Assembly (NCBI GenBank): GCA_963796105.1
Contig: CAWCKJ010000002.1
Coordinates: 192,001 to 256,000, forward strand
DNA length: 64,000 nt
Origin: a candidate division FCPU426 bacterium
GTDB lineage: Bacteria > Oederibacteriota > Muellerivitia > Muellerivitales > Muellerivitaceae
Reading direction: 5' to 3'
This document shows positions 1 through 11,900 of the stretch, in pieces; positions within the stretch are counted from its first letter, which is position 1; each line of letters starts with the position of its first letter. Both the position numbers and the translations under genes were made by a program. The notes beneath the pieces were generated by a model. The model saw nothing but the letters and a program-made list of their open reading frames with translations, was not told the DNA's origin and searched no databases.

Positions 1-625
1 ACAAAGCGGCCAAAGCTGGGGCGTATGTCACGCCATTACCGGAAAACCCGTAAGTAACGCTAGCGTTTCCGGCCCCTTCATCCCCCCATTTCCAATAAAC
101 CTTGGGTTGCGAGGAAGTGTCCTGTACCGTCCATACTCTCTTGACAGATCCTGTTACCGTTCCTCCAGTAATGGATAAAGTTGGTGATGTGCTCTTCGTA
201 ATTGAAAGAGTTAAATTGTAGGTTCGGAGATTGCTCACTGCGTGGACTATTCGGGAATGAGGACCAGAAGGAAGAGTTCCGTTGCCGATCACGTAATAGT
301 ATTCGTTAAAAGTGAGGCCGTCGGGATTATCGGTAATGGTTATGAAATCTCCACCGACGCTCACTGTGGTAACAGGGGAAAAACTGCTCCCGTCAGAACT
401 GTCCCAAAAGCCATAATTTTTGACATAGGGGCTTGTGTCAACCGCCCAAAATACCTGCGCATAACCCTGCGGAGAATAGTCGCCCAAAACTCCCATCGGG
501 GTAGGAAGAATGGAAGGAGTTGCGGTTGGGGTGGGCGCTAAGGGGGATATATGAATATCTTTTTGGCAATTCAGACTTAAGAGTGCGATGGTTATAACGC
601 AAAAGGCTAGAAGCAGATTTTTCAC
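1..625 (-). CDS. Lipoprotein of unknown function (runs off left edge)
   Basis: Hand translation from GTG at 625 with GGAGG RBS: MKNLLLAFCVITIALLSLNC (lipobox-like), short PTPT linker, beta-rich body, no stop before position 1. Absent from the ORF track. Confidence 0.8.
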   Translation of the reverse strand, partial: MKNLLLAFCVITIALLSLNCQKDIHISPLAPTPTATPSILPTPMGVLGDYSPQGYAQVFWAVDTSPYVKNYGFWDSSDGSSFSPVTTVSVGGDFITITDNPDGLTFNEYYYVIGNGTLPSGPHSRIVHAVSNLRTYNLTLSITKSTSPTLSITGGTVTGSVKRVWTVQDTSSQPKVYWKWGDEGAGNASVTYGFSGNGVTYAPALAAL

Positions 626-801
626 GAGCAGGATTCCTCCATAATCTTGAAAGATAATTTTATCACAATCTGGTTGATTGTATTTTTGAATAGCAGGGAA
701 CCGACTTTAATAACCATTTTGAACTTATTTGCCTAGCAAATATGAAATTCGATTCCGTAAAGTGTTCAAACCGCTGTATTTTCTCATTTTTTATTAAAGG
801 C

Positions 802-820
802 AATATTGTTAAACAATATT
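802..820. promoter_or_regulatory. 9-1-9 palindrome in AT-rich divergent promoter region
   Basis: AATATTGTT-A-AACAATATT between the divergent genes at 625 and 1011; regulator unknown. Confidence 0.35.
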
Positions 821-1010
821 TATCAACCGACGAAATCTTTTTTTATATTAAAAATCAAGTGTTTTAACGAAAAACCAGTTACTATTAGTGGTATAATTCA
901 ACTATTGAAAGTTAAACCCTTTTGGGGAAATCTCCTTAAATTTTAACAAAAATTTTTTTAAAAATTTAGCTTCTTAATAAACCTCTCACTTAATTTTTCT
1001 GGAAATATAA

Positions 1011-4000
1011 ATGAAAAAAGTAAAATTTCCATCCAGCCATCCAAAATATTTTTTCTATCCTTTTTTGGAAGGCATTAAAAGCTTCTGCTTAGCCTTTTCC
1101 TTTTTAGCTGTCTCGAACATTGTTTTATGTCTTACTGCCCAACCCGCAAGTGCCCAATGTCCTATCGGCTTTAGTTCCGCCGCGACCTATACCGGCACCG
1201 CCAAGAGTGCTGTAATTAACGCGACGGTCGGGGGAACCCAAACACTTCTACTTTTACAGGTAAGCATCCAGAATGCCTCGAATTCTGTGACCCAGGCGAC
1301 TTATAACGGTACTTCTTTCATTAGGGTTCGTCGGGGTGTGGACACTACGAATGGAGTTTCACTGGAAACTTGGTATCTGGTCAACCCGCCATCTGGTACC
1401 TACCCTGTGACAGTTAAAACCAACAGCTTGACCGCGCGAGTCCTACACATCGGGGCGGTTTGTTATGATTTAGTGAACCAAACAAATCCCATCGGCGCGT
1501 CAAACGCTGTCACGAACCAGGCTTCCAACAGAAACCATTCCATTGGGCTTACCACCAAATACGCCCAAAGCATGATCGTCTCCATGTGTATGGTGGCAAA
1601 CAGCACTGGATCTCGAACAATTACCTCGGCTGCTGGTCAAAACCAAAGATGGAGGGAGCTGAACAATAAAACGACCGCGGGGGACGACAAACTTTCAACT
1701 ACGGTCGGCGCTTACACCATGGCTTATACTTTCAACAGGTCCCAAAGGGCGGATATTCAGGCAGTGGAAATTATCGCGGCTGGTTGCACCCCGACACCAA
1801 CACTTACCAATACCGTTACAAGAACCCCAACGATAACCAACAGCCCCACCCCCTGGCCGACTGGTGTTCCAACTTGGACTTCCACCAACACGCCGACCAT
1901 TACCCACACTCCTACCGCGACGGCAACAACGACTTTCACCCCAGCCCCTTATGACATCACTTCCTTTATCAATGGAACCTGCGTCACGGGAAACACGACC
2001 GGACTTGTCGATAACTACAACGAATCAATAGATGGCATTCCATTTGGGCAAGGAGCTCCTGACACTATTTATTCTTTCAGCCTGACCCAAACAACTAATC
2101 TTTTCATCAATCTCTGTGGCGCTAATTTTGATTCAGTGGTTTATTTAAGGACTAATCCGAACGATCCAAACACAACCTTGGCATTTGATGATGATTCCGA
2201 CTTTTGCGCCACTTCCTCCTCCTCTTTTGTGATAGGTGACCTTCAACCAGGCATATATTACATAATTGTGGATGGAAATAGTCCGGGTGATTACGGGACT
2301 TTCTCGCTTTGTGTCACTACCTTTAGCCCCACTTGCTCCTTGACTCCCGCGGCGACGCCGGTGGCGCTGCAAAGCCCGACCAGCACCACCAACCTGGGAA
2401 TCGTGTTGACGACGGCAGTGGGAACCGGTCACTTTGATTATGATTTCGAGTACACGAACAGTTGGACTTTTACTCCAGGGAAAATAGGATCCTATGAAAT
2501 TTCGCTGGACTGCTTTGATGACGCAACGGGCAAGGCCCGTGTGGCTTACGATTTATTTGATTCGGGTGGTAACTTGATAACGAGTTCAGCGGGGAGCACC
2601 CCCTTGGACCAAATGGCCGCGAACCTGACCATTCAACAATACACTGTGGTGGTTTACGCATTTTCCGCTGGTGCCCCGAGCGGGGATTACCATTTGATCA
2701 TCCAGGCGCCGCTACCGACGGCCACGCCTACGCCTACATCCACCGCTACTAAAACGATGACTCCCACTTCCACGCCAACCAATTTGAACGGCTATACCAA
2801 CACCCCAACCTTGACACCTACGTTAACCCCTACTAACTTGAACGGCTATACCAGCACCCCTTCATACACTAAAACATCCACCCTCACCAGTACGCCCACA
2901 CCGACCCCTACCCTCGTTCCAGGCGTCACAGACATCACCTCCAGCATCGGAGTATCATGCATAACGGGAGATACGACCGGGCTTACAGACAACTACAACG
3001 AGACAGCAGACGGTATACCTTATGGTTCCGGGGCCCCTGACACCATTTTCTCGTTCATCTTGACCCAAACCACCAGCCTATTCATTAACCTATGTGGGTC
3101 TGATTACAACTCAGTGATTTATTTGAGGACCAATCCGAATGATCCAGCTACCACCCTTAACTTGGACAATGATTCGGACTTCTGCGACACCCCTACCGGT
3201 TCCTCGCTTGTCACGGGTAATCTTGCTCCTGGGACCTATTACGTGATTGTGGATGGCTATGGTTCGGGGGATTATGGAACCTTCTCCCTTTGCCTCACCC
3301 CCTTCAGCCCTACCTGCTCGTTGACGCCTATCGCAACACCGGTGGCGTTGCAGAGCCCCACCGGCACCACTGACCTGGGAACTGTGATTGTGGACGCGGT
3401 TGGAATCGGCCATGTGGATTATTATTTCGAATACACCAATAGCTGGACCTTTACGCCGGCAACGGCTGGTTCCTTCGCGATCTCTCTGGACTGCTTTGAC
3501 GACGGAACTGGCAAGGCCCGCGCGGCGTTTGACCTTTTCGATTCCATCGGCAACTTTGTTGGGAGTTCCACTGGGAATACACCCTTAGACCAACTCGCTG
3601 AGAACATGACCGTACAACAGTACACTGTGGTTGTTTACGCTTTCTCTGAAGGGGCTCCGAGCGCAGATTACCGTTTGGTCATCCAAACACCCTCCACAAT
3701 ACCCACTCCCACTCCGACCGTCACAGACACTTCAACAAATACTCAAACACCGTCCAACACCCCGACTTCAACACCAACCTATAGCCCGACACTCAGTTCG
3801 ACATCAACGCCTAGCGATACACCAACCTCGACTTCTTCAAATACACGCACTCCTACCGTTACCTTTACACCCACTGCCACAGATACGCCCACTGTCACCA
3901 ATAGCCCCACCCCTTGGCCCACGGGAGTTCCCACTTGGACTTCCACTGACACTCCAACCACCACCGACACTCCGACGGATACCCAAACGCCGACAAACAC

Positions 4001-4892
4001 CCTGACTTTAACACCAACCTATAGCCCGACACCCAGTTCGACATCAACGCCCAGCAATACACCCACCTCGACAGCCTCGAATACACCTACTCCGACCGCT
4101 ACCCTTACATCCACTCTCACGGATACGCCCACTATCACCAATAGTCCCACCCCTTGGCCGACGGGCGTACCTACTTGGACTCCCACCAACACTCCAACTG
4201 TCACAGATACACCCACAAATACACTGATGGCAACGAATACCCAAACCTACACCAAGACGGCTAGTCCAACCGCAACTCTAACAGCAACTTCCACGGATAC
4301 GCCTACTATCACCAATAGTCCCACCCCTTGGCCGACGGGTGTGCCCACTTGGACTTCGACTAATACATCGACTGTCACAGAAACTCCCACAAAAACCCTG
4401 ACATCAACCTCCACTTTGACGCGGACTCCGACTATGACCCCAACAACCACCCTGACCTTGACTCGGACCCCGACCGCAACGCCAAGTCTGACCCGAACAC
4501 CGAGTGACACTCCAACTGATACTTATACTGTTACGTCCACGTCGACTCCCACTTTTACTCCGACTAATTTGGGTGGTTATACCAGCACTCCTACGGCAAC
4601 CCCTGGTTCTTCCTTCTCGTTAAGCATCAACCAAATGAATTCAATATCGGGACCACCTCTAGGTATTAATTACCAGGTTGTCCAGGGCGGAAAGGTTCAA
4701 TTGGAGGTTTTCAACGATGTGGGAAAAAAGATGAGGGATTTAGCCGATGACAACCAAGTACCAGGTTATTACAGCATCAATTGGGATGGGAAGGACAACT
4801 TGGGCCAGCCACTTTCGACAGGGCTTTATTTGATCGTTTATGTGGAGAATTCAAACACTCAGATCAAAAAAGTTATAGTGATTAAACGATGA
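1011..4892 (+). CDS. Secreted Pro/Thr-rich multidomain surface protein with duplicated PPC-like modules and C-terminal FlgD-Ig/T9SS-CTD-like domain
   Basis: Signal peptide ending ASA|QC; two ~255-aa copies of a Cys-containing module; PT linkers; C-terminus [14 protein letters not shown]...[16 protein letters not shown]...KKVIVIKR. Confidence 0.8.
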   Translation: MKKVKFPSSHPKYFFYPFLEGIKSFCLAFSFLAVSNIVLCLTAQPASAQCPIGFSSAATYTGTAKSAVINATVGGTQTLLLLQVSIQNASNSVTQATYNGTSFIRVRRGVDTTNGVSLETWYLVNPPSGTYPVTVKTNSLTARVLHIGAVCYDLVNQTNPIGASNAVTNQASNRNHSIGLTTKYAQSMIVSMCMVANSTGSRTITSAAGQNQRWRELNNKTTAGDDKLSTTVGAYTMAYTFNRSQRADIQAVEIIAAGCTPTPTLTNTVTRTPTITNSPTPWPTGVPTWTSTNTPTITHTPTATATTTFTPAPYDITSFINGTCVTGNTTGLVDNYNESIDGIPFGQGAPDTIYSFSLTQTTNLFINLCGANFDSVVYLRTNPNDPNTTLAFDDDSDFCATSSSSFVIGDLQPGIYYIIVDGNSPGDYGTFSLCVTTFSPTCSLTPAATPVALQSPTSTTNLGIVLTTAVGTGHFDYDFEYTNSWTFTPGKIGSYEISLDCFDDATGKARVAYDLFDSGGNLITSSAGSTPLDQMAANLTIQQYTVVVYAFSAGAPSGDYHLIIQAPLPTATPTPTSTATKTMTPTSTPTNLNGYTNTPTLTPTLTPTNLNGYTSTPSYTKTSTLTSTPTPTPTLVPGVTDITSSIGVSCITGDTTGLTDNYNETADGIPYGSGAPDTIFSFILTQTTSLFINLCGSDYNSVIYLRTNPNDPATTLNLDNDSDFCDTPTGSSLVTGNLAPGTYYVIVDGYGSGDYGTFSLCLTPFSPTCSLTPIATPVALQSPTGTTDLGTVIVDAVGIGHVDYYFEYTNSWTFTPATAGSFAISLDCFDDGTGKARAAFDLFDSIGNFVGSSTGNTPLDQLAENMTVQQYTVVVYAFSEGAPSADYRLVIQTPSTIPTPTPTVTDTSTNTQTPSNTPTSTPTYSPTLSSTSTPSDTPTSTSSNTRTPTVTFTPTATDTPTVTNSPTPWPTGVPTWTSTDTPTTTDTPTDTQTPTNTLTLTPTYSPTPSSTSTPSNTPTSTASNTPTPTATLTSTLTDTPTITNSPTPWPTGVPTWTPTNTPTVTDTPTNTLMATNTQTYTKTASPTATLTATSTDTPTITNSPTPWPTGVPTWTSTNTSTVTETPTKTLTSTSTLTRTPTMTPTTTLTLTRTPTATPSLTRTPSDTPTDTYTVTSTSTPTFTPTNLGGYTSTPTATPGSSFSLSINQMNSISGPPLGINYQVVQGGKVQLEVFNDVGKKMRDLADDNQVPGYYSINWDGKDNLGQPLSTGLYLIVYVENSNTQIKKVIVIKR

Positions 4893-6709
4893 GAACATTA
4901 AGCCTTTTCCTCGCACTAGTTATATTTTTTGGATTATATTTCCGGGCAATGGGAAGCGGTTTGTCCACCGGCGCTGATTTTCTAACCGCCACCACCGGCG
5001 CCAGGCCTGCGGCCATGGGCGAGGCTTTTAGCGCCTTGTCGGATGATATCAACTCTCTGGCAGTCAATCCGGCCGGATTGGGAAACCTTCACTTACCTCA
5101 GGTCGCTTTCTGCCATTACCAATTCGTGTCCGACCTCGCCTATGATTTCGCCGCCGCGGGAATCCCCTTGGGCACGGCAGGAACCCTTGGGATAAGTTAT
5201 TTGGGCCTGGGAGTTCCTCCTTTCAATAGCACCTTGAATCCTTTGGCGACCTTGGGCACGGATTCGGAGGGGAATCTGACAGCTGGATGGGGAAATTCCT
5301 GGGGTATCTTTCAGGCTGGCGCGGCATTGAAATATATTTACCGGGATGTCGGAACCGTGAGCGGAAAAACCTGGGCGGCTGACCTAGGAGTTAGATTAAG
5401 ACCCATGACCCGCCTCTCCTTCGCGGGAAGTTTGCTGAACCTTGGTCCCTCCATCAGCCTTTCCAGCGAGGAAAGTCTTCCTACTGAGTTGAAATTAGGG
5501 GCGGCTTGGCGGGCTCTGGAACATTCGGAGCACTCTTTAGATTTGGCCTGCGAAACCAACGTGGCCCTGGCTTCCAGCCAGCTTCCGCGTTTCGGGTTCG
5601 GGATGGAATATTGGTACAAGGATCTTTGCGCCTTGCGAGCGGGCTATTTGGTTGACACCAGCTCGGAAGGGTTCACCGCTGGAGCGGGCATTCAATTATA
5701 TGGATTGGAAGTGGATTACGCTTACCAGCCTTTCGACCAACTAGGTGCGACCAACCGAATCTCCGGGTTATACCGCTGGGATGGGCCCTGGATTTCCGGT
5801 GGGGAATTGAATCCACCGAGACTTTTAACTATTCGCACCAGCCCCAAAGGGGCGGTGGCTTCCTGGATCGAGCCAAAAGGGCCGGTGGATCATTATGAAT
5901 TGACGGTTGTTCTTCTGGAGGATAAAAAAATCCAGGTGTTTGACAATATCCCTAAATCCCCGGTTGTCTTGAAGCACCTGAAGGAAGGAGTCCTCTATAA
6001 GGCCGAAGTTGTCGCTGTTGGGAAAGGAGGTGGAAAGAGTATGCCATCCAACACGGCATTCTTGAAAACCTCGTCGGAGATCACACCAGAGGGTGCCCCG
6101 GTGACCGCGTCCTCCAAGGAAACTGAAAAGCCGCAGACAACTATTACTACGACGATTCAGGGCCAGGTGGATGAAGTAGGACTTAAATTAACGTGGGAAC
6201 CGATAGCCGGGTTTTCGACGAAAGGTTATTATCTTTACCGAAAATCCATTGACGGCAAATTGGAAAAACTAACCGGTACTCCCAAAAAGGGAATTGTCCT
6301 GTGGATAGATGATATTTTAGGCTTGGAGGGAGCGGAATGGATTGTCACCTCCGTGAACGCCGAGGATGAAACCGAAAAAACGGTTGGTTCCTTTGTTTGG
6401 AAACCAGGGCCGAAAGACGTTGATATTCTCAAAATCAAACCCCAAGTTAAGGTTTCTGCGATCCCTCAAAAAGAGGGAAAAGTCCTGATGGAATGGGAAC
6501 ACAGCCATGCCGCTGGTTCGCTTCTGTTCGTGTCTCGATCCCAGGAACATGTTTTCTCGCTTGTGGGTAAATTGAATACTCAAATGTCCAAGAACCTATT
6601 AAAGGGGTTTGAGAAGGGTCAGGAGTACCAGTTTATTATTGTTAATTTGGACGCTAACGGTGCCTGGCTGAGTCATAGTAGGGTGGTTTCTGCCAAAATA
6701 TCCGACTAA
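4889..6709 (+). CDS. PorV/PorQ-family (UPF0164-like) outer-membrane beta-barrel with C-terminal Fn3-like domains
   Basis: [34 protein letters not shown] is the typical PorV N-terminal motif; barrel end LRAGY...GAGI...VDYAY; beta-sandwich extension; ATGA overlap with the upstream gene. Confidence 0.8.
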   Translation: MRTLSLFLALVIFFGLYFRAMGSGLSTGADFLTATTGARPAAMGEAFSALSDDINSLAVNPAGLGNLHLPQVAFCHYQFVSDLAYDFAAAGIPLGTAGTLGISYLGLGVPPFNSTLNPLATLGTDSEGNLTAGWGNSWGIFQAGAALKYIYRDVGTVSGKTWAADLGVRLRPMTRLSFAGSLLNLGPSISLSSEESLPTELKLGAAWRALEHSEHSLDLACETNVALASSQLPRFGFGMEYWYKDLCALRAGYLVDTSSEGFTAGAGIQLYGLEVDYAYQPFDQLGATNRISGLYRWDGPWISGGELNPPRLLTIRTSPKGAVASWIEPKGPVDHYELTVVLLEDKKIQVFDNIPKSPVVLKHLKEGVLYKAEVVAVGKGGGKSMPSNTAFLKTSSEITPEGAPVTASSKETEKPQTTITTTIQGQVDEVGLKLTWEPIAGFSTKGYYLYRKSIDGKLEKLTGTPKKGIVLWIDDILGLEGAEWIVTSVNAEDETEKTVGSFVWKPGPKDVDILKIKPQVKVSAIPQKEGKVLMEWEHSHAAGSLLFVSRSQEHVFSLVGKLNTQMSKNLLKGFEKGQEYQFIIVNLDANGAWLSHSRVVSAKISD

Positions 6710-7042
6710 TTCCTCGCTCAAAAAGACTTTTATGGGTAACGTTTATTAATCCCGAAATATTCGATCATTCTTTCCTCATGGATGAAAAAACATAGCTGGG
6801 GATACATTGGTTTTGCCAGCCTCTTCATCCATTTAAAAGCCTTCATCCGGAAGCTCTTGGTAAGTTAAACGTCTTAAAACCTCCTGCTGTGGCAAAAAAC
6901 CTTGTAAATAGGCCCCAATTCATTGCGATTTCCATATGGCAATGTTATAGTAAAAAGGCTGTTCAAAGCTAACCATCGATAAAATTCTAACCCAAAGGGT
7001 ATTTTTTTGGGTTTTTTCGCCGGGTGAAAAGTCAGGGGTTTT

Positions 7043-9643
7043 ATGGCCGATTCGGGTAATGTCGATAAAAAAAACATTGTCAAAATGGCCTATATATATT
7101 TCCAAGAAGGCCGTTGGGACAAGGCTATTGAAGAATACAAGAAGCTGATCTCTTTGGACCCCGAAGACACCAACGCCCACAATATGTTGGGCGATGTTTA
7201 CGTCAAAAAGGGGGCTATTCGTGAGGCCTTTGAGGAATATAACCGTGTTTCCACCGATCTCTCAACCCGAGGCCAAACGGAAAAAGTCATTATTGTTAAC
7301 AAAAAAATAGCCTCGCTTGACCCCACCCTTCTTCCCGCGGACGCTCAGAAAAAACAAAGTCTCATCAAACAGACTTTCAAGGCCGAGAACGCCATGGAAC
7401 ATGGCGACATGGAGTCGGCCATCGGGGCCTTGAGTGAAGTCATCAAATTGGATCCCGATAATCTTGCGGCTTATTCCAAATTGGGGGACCTTTTCGAGAA
7501 AAACGGCCGTTTCGAGGAGGCTGTGAAGGAATATTTGGTGCTGGGAGAAGTTTTCCTGAAAAACCGCCTTTACAAGAAAGCCCAGGAAATGTTCCAAAAA
7601 GTTGTCCAACTTGAACCCAATAACACCGATGCGAGGGTAAATCTCGCCCAAATTTATATCAAACAGGGTTCTGAAGGCGACGCGAAAAAGGAATTTCTCA
7701 TCATCGCCGAACTCGCATTGAACCAGAATGACATGGAGCGAGCCACTCTTTACTCCCAAAAGGCTGTTGAATTCAAGAGTATTGAGGCCCATTACATCCT
7801 TGGCATGGTTTATTTCCGAAAACAACAATTCTCAGAGGCCAAGGTGGAATTTGAAAACCTCCTCCGATTCAAAGTCAACCATGTCGGTGCTTTAGCGCAC
7901 CTGGGCAAGGTCTTGTTGTTGCAAAACCAAGCAGATAAGGCGACAGAAATAATTCAAAAAGCTTTGAAATTGGAAAAAGATAACCTGATGGCACTCGAAG
8001 TTTTCGTGGAACTTTCCTTAAAAAAAGGCGCCAAAAACGAAGCTACCCAAACTTTGAATTTATTGGTGGATCGTTATGACGCGAAAAAGGACACGAAGAA
8101 AGCCATAGAATTCGCCAGGTACCTGGTTTCTGTGAACGAGTCAGATCCGGCGCCTGAGACGAGGCTAGGGGATCTTTTATTGCGCGAGGGGGATAAGGAT
8201 GGGGCGGCAGACGCCTACTTCAAGGCGGCCATGGCATTTGATAAACATGAAAAAAAGCCTCAAGCCCAGGAGTTCTTGAGAAAAGCTTTGGAATTGAATC
8301 CTGGGCATTCAGAGGCTCAAAAGCGGGTCATGGGGGAAGTCGTTGCAAAGGCCCCACAAGCGGAGGAAAAACAGGCTGTGCCTCAACCCTCGGTTCCTGC
8401 CGCGCCGGCAAAGGCCTCCAAAACCGATGTTTTGGATTTGGAACAGGAAGTGGATAATTCCCCAACACCTCCGCCCAAGCAAGTTCCCGCCCCTGCTGCA
8501 CCATCCACTCCTCCTTCTCCGGTGAAATCAACCGTGATGGAATTGGAATCTTCCGATGATTGGAGGACGGAGCTCTCTATTGCCGACAATTACGTCAAAC
8601 AGGAGATGGTGGAGGAGGCGATCGAAATATATCAACGTTTGGCTGAAGCCCATCCCGAGGAAGCCGGAATCAAGGAAAAATTAAATCAGGCTTATACCGC
8701 TTATGTGAAAACCGGGGAGGATGTTTTGGGAGCCCTCGAGGCGGAGAAAAAGGTCAAGGAGGAGGAAGACAAACGAATTCACGCGGAGATGGAGAAAAAA
8801 GCCCAGGAAGAGGTTAGGCGTCTCCAATTGGAAATGGAACAAAAAGCCAGGATGGAGGCTGAAGTCAGAATACGGATGGAATTGGAGCGCAAAGCCAAAG
8901 AGGATGTGGAGAGAAAGATTCAGGAGGAAGCTGAAAGAAAAATCAGGGAGGAGGCTGAGCGAAAAGTCCAGGAAGAAGCCGAGCGAAATGCCCGGGAAGG
9001 GGCAGAACGGAAAATCAGGGAAGAAGCAGAACGTAAAGTCCGAGAAGAGGCTGAAAGAAAAGTCAGGGAAGAAGCTGAGCGCAGGGCCCGGGAAGAAATG
9101 GATAAACGCGCACATGAAGAAGCCGTTAGAAAGGTTAAGGAAGAGGCTGAGCGGAAAGTCAGGGACGAGGAGCAAAGGAAAATCCGAGAGGAGGCGGAAG
9201 CCCGTCGAAAAGAGCGCGAGGAGAAGGAAAGGAAAAACCGGGAGGAGTCGGAAAAAAACAGCAAGAAGAACGCGCCGATTGGAAACATAAAGGTTTTTCG
9301 CGAGGAGCCAACCTCTAAAAGCGATAGTTTGGTGGAGGATGGAAAGGATGAATTTATGACTATTGCCGTGGCGGATATTTACGCGCGCCAAGGACTTCTT
9401 GAAGAAGCCATTAAAATATACAAACGCATTTTACAAATGGAACCTGACAATCTTGAGGCCTCCAAAAAGTTAAAGGATGTTGAAAGCCGCTTTAAATCTA
9501 TTACCCCGGTTGTTTCCGCTCCCATTGAAGCTGCTCCTGCACTTAAAAATCCAGCGCCCATTCCGGTGGAATCCCAAACTGACCCACCTCGTGAGAAAAA
9601 TTCGGATGGCAAAAAGAAATCAAATAGGGTAGGCTACGTTTAA
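7043..9643 (+). CDS. Large TPR-repeat protein with charged EEAERK repeat region
   Basis: Many TPR motifs (AIEEYKKLISLDPED...), Pro-rich linker, tandem REEAERK(V/I) repeats, C-terminal TPR. Confidence 0.85.
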   Translation: MADSGNVDKKNIVKMAYIYFQEGRWDKAIEEYKKLISLDPEDTNAHNMLGDVYVKKGAIREAFEEYNRVSTDLSTRGQTEKVIIVNKKIASLDPTLLPADAQKKQSLIKQTFKAENAMEHGDMESAIGALSEVIKLDPDNLAAYSKLGDLFEKNGRFEEAVKEYLVLGEVFLKNRLYKKAQEMFQKVVQLEPNNTDARVNLAQIYIKQGSEGDAKKEFLIIAELALNQNDMERATLYSQKAVEFKSIEAHYILGMVYFRKQQFSEAKVEFENLLRFKVNHVGALAHLGKVLLLQNQADKATEIIQKALKLEKDNLMALEVFVELSLKKGAKNEATQTLNLLVDRYDAKKDTKKAIEFARYLVSVNESDPAPETRLGDLLLREGDKDGAADAYFKAAMAFDKHEKKPQAQEFLRKALELNPGHSEAQKRVMGEVVAKAPQAEEKQAVPQPSVPAAPAKASKTDVLDLEQEVDNSPTPPPKQVPAPAAPSTPPSPVKSTVMELESSDDWRTELSIADNYVKQEMVEEAIEIYQRLAEAHPEEAGIKEKLNQAYTAYVKTGEDVLGALEAEKKVKEEEDKRIHAEMEKKAQEEVRRLQLEMEQKARMEAEVRIRMELERKAKEDVERKIQEEAERKIREEAERKVQEEAERNAREGAERKIREEAERKVREEAERKVREEAERRAREEMDKRAHEEAVRKVKEEAERKVRDEEQRKIREEAEARRKEREEKERKNREESEKNSKKNAPIGNIKVFREEPTSKSDSLVEDGKDEFMTIAVADIYARQGLLEEAIKIYKRILQMEPDNLEASKKLKDVESRFKSITPVVSAPIEAAPALKNPAPIPVESQTDPPREKNSDGKKKSNRVGYV
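8900..9240 (+). repeat. Degenerate 24-bp coding tandem repeat (R/QEEAERKV/I)
   Basis: Visible 8-aa periodic repeats in the translation; boundaries approximate. Confidence 0.75.
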
Positions 9644-9856
9644 TATTTCCGTTAATGTCATTTGCTTCCCGAAAAACCACAAGCATTAAATCAACGGAAT
9701 TAAGTTCTCTATGTGTTTTCTTTTCCTCGTGTTTTCGGGTTGTTATGAATATTGGCGAATTTTTCCCTTTTGACTGACTGTACCTAAAAGTCAATCCCTT
9801 TGACTAACAGGTTATAATGTTCATTAAGGTCGGGAAACATTTGGAAGGGATCCAGT

Positions 9857-10678
9857 ATGAGCTATGAAAACTTTTACGGCTTGAAGGAACAAGCGTTTTC
9901 AAACGCGCCTGACAGCCGCTTTTATTTTGAAAGCAGCCAACATTCCGAAGCCATGGTTCGCATGTTGCATGCGGTGGACACCATGAAAGGCCTAACGGTC
10001 GTTGTCGGGGACATCGGCACGGGGAAAACCCTGCTAGCTCGAAAAGCGCTCGAAATGCTGGAACAGGATCATCAATACGAAGCCACCCTGCTTGTGATTG
10101 TCCATAGTGAAATCACTGCTGAATGGATGTTGAAAAAAATCGCCCACCAATTGGGAGTGGAAAATCCCAGCGACGCCAAAGCCCAGATCATTTCCCAATT
10201 ATACGAACGCCTCATGAAAATTTACGAAGAGGGCCGCAAGGCGGTTGTGGTCATCGACGAAGCAAATATGCTTCAAAAGAAAGAGATTTTCGAGGAGTTC
10301 CGGGGTTTGCTGAACCTGGAGGTTCCCGGAAGGAAACTCATATCCTTTGTCTTGTTGGGCCTTCCTGAGCTGGAGAAATACCTGGCCTTGGATCCGCCGC
10401 TTTTCCAGAGAGTGGCCATGAAATTTTTCATCAAATCCTTGACTCGTGAATCCACGGAACAGTATATCCGCCACCGTTTAAGTGTCGCGGGTTGCACCAG
10501 GGATCTTTTTACCGCCAACGCTTACCAGAAAATTTTCGATTACACGAAGGGAATTCCCCGCTTGATCAACACCTCCTGCGATAACGCCATGCTGGAAGGT
10601 TACCTTTTAAAAAGGGAAGCCATCGACGCGGACATTATCGAACAGGTTGTCAAAGATTTGGGGTTGAAAAAAGATTAG
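9857..10678 (+). CDS. exeA: ExeA/GspA-family AAA ATPase
   Basis: YENFYGLKEQAFSNAPD N-terminus, Walker A GDIGTGKT, Walker B VVIDEA, GIPRLINTSCDNAM. Confidence 0.85.
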   Translation: MSYENFYGLKEQAFSNAPDSRFYFESSQHSEAMVRMLHAVDTMKGLTVVVGDIGTGKTLLARKALEMLEQDHQYEATLLVIVHSEITAEWMLKKIAHQLGVENPSDAKAQIISQLYERLMKIYEEGRKAVVVIDEANMLQKKEIFEEFRGLLNLEVPGRKLISFVLLGLPELEKYLALDPPLFQRVAMKFFIKSLTRESTEQYIRHRLSVAGCTRDLFTANAYQKIFDYTKGIPRLINTSCDNAMLEGYLLKREAIDADIIEQVVKDLGLKKD

Positions 10679-10820
10679 CTATCCTCCCTGCATCAATCCG
10701 AACTTCTCCCAGTCTCCCCAAAAACGATCGTTTCAGTTGAGCCCTATTGGATTTTGCTTACCGGATTGAAAAGGCATGGAAAAACAGGGCCTAAAATTTT
10801 AGATTCACCCATCACGGTTT

Positions 10821-11651
10821 TCATTGCCAAGGTGTAAAAGCCCAAACCATCAGACGGAATTTCTCGAAAAAAATAGTTGAAAGAACGCCGGCGCATAAAA
10901 AAGGCCCAAAGGGAATGGGAGATTTTGGCTTCAGCCTGCCGGTCAACATTAGAAGAAGACCCAAAAACCCCGCGGTAATGGAACCCGCAAATAGCGCGTC
11001 GATCACTCTTTCCCATCCGACAAAGATCCCGAAGGACGCTAAAAGCTTGATGTCACCGCCGCCCATGGCTTCCTGCTTCAAGAATTTTTCACCAAGCCAG
11101 GCCATGAGAAGCAAAACGCCGCCGCCCGTGAGGAATCCTAATAAGGCTGATTCCACGCGGTCCGGCCAGCGCCCTCCTAAAAAGGGATTGAATGGAGCGA
11201 AACATAGGGCTGAAACCAGGAACGGAAAAACAATTTTATTGGGAATGGTATAAGTCCTGAGGTCGATTGCGGAGACGAGAATAGAAACGAGAACCATGAT
11301 TTCTAATATGACTAAGCTCAAAGGCGAATTGCTGAATTTCAGGTAGGCCCATAGAAACAGGACGCCAGTCACGGCCTCGACAAGGGGATATTGCCAGGAA
11401 ATCACTTTGCGGCAATAACGGCATCGGCCTCTCAAAAGTAAGAAACTGAGCAAAGGGATATTATCCCGCCACTTCAAGCGTTTTTTACATCTGGGGCAAT
11501 GGGACGGCGGACGCACGATGGACCGGCCCGAGGGAATGCGCAGGATGCAGACGTTCAAGAAGCTTCCAATGGTTAAACCGAACGTTAAAACAACCAGGGA
11601 GGGAAAAGACTGTCCTGCCCAGATTATGACGCTTGAAGCCATGCTTAACAC
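10821..11651 (-). CDS. pilD: Prepilin peptidase/N-methyltransferase (A24)
   Basis: GSFLNVCILRIP, SHCPRC and RCRYC Zn motifs, MGGGDIKL, IPFGPFL. Confidence 0.92.
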   Translation of the reverse strand: MLSMASSVIIWAGQSFPSLVVLTFGLTIGSFLNVCILRIPSGRSIVRPPSHCPRCKKRLKWRDNIPLLSFLLLRGRCRYCRKVISWQYPLVEAVTGVLFLWAYLKFSNSPLSLVILEIMVLVSILVSAIDLRTYTIPNKIVFPFLVSALCFAPFNPFLGGRWPDRVESALLGFLTGGGVLLLMAWLGEKFLKQEAMGGGDIKLLASFGIFVGWERVIDALFAGSITAGFLGLLLMLTGRLKPKSPIPFGPFLCAGVLSTIFFEKFRLMVWAFTPWQ

Positions 11652-11900
11652 CCCTAAATCCTAAAACTGAAAATGGAATTTCCCGTAGATCGTGCAGACA
11701 GGACTGATTTTGAAAAAGTTAACCCCATAGTAACGTCTGGGAATATTTGACACAAGATTATAGGTAAAAATGCGCTTGCCTCAACGGGGCCTGAATTAAA
11801 AATAAAGTTGAAACGCAGAAAGAAAAAATAAATGGCTTTTCAAGATTCGGGACAATTAAAGGACCCAATTTGACTGTGGAACGTCATTGAAGCTAGGTGA

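Noticed and set aside
242..541. 99-aa plus-strand ORF
   Set aside because: Shadow of the minus-strand lipoprotein gene, which has an RBS and signal peptide.
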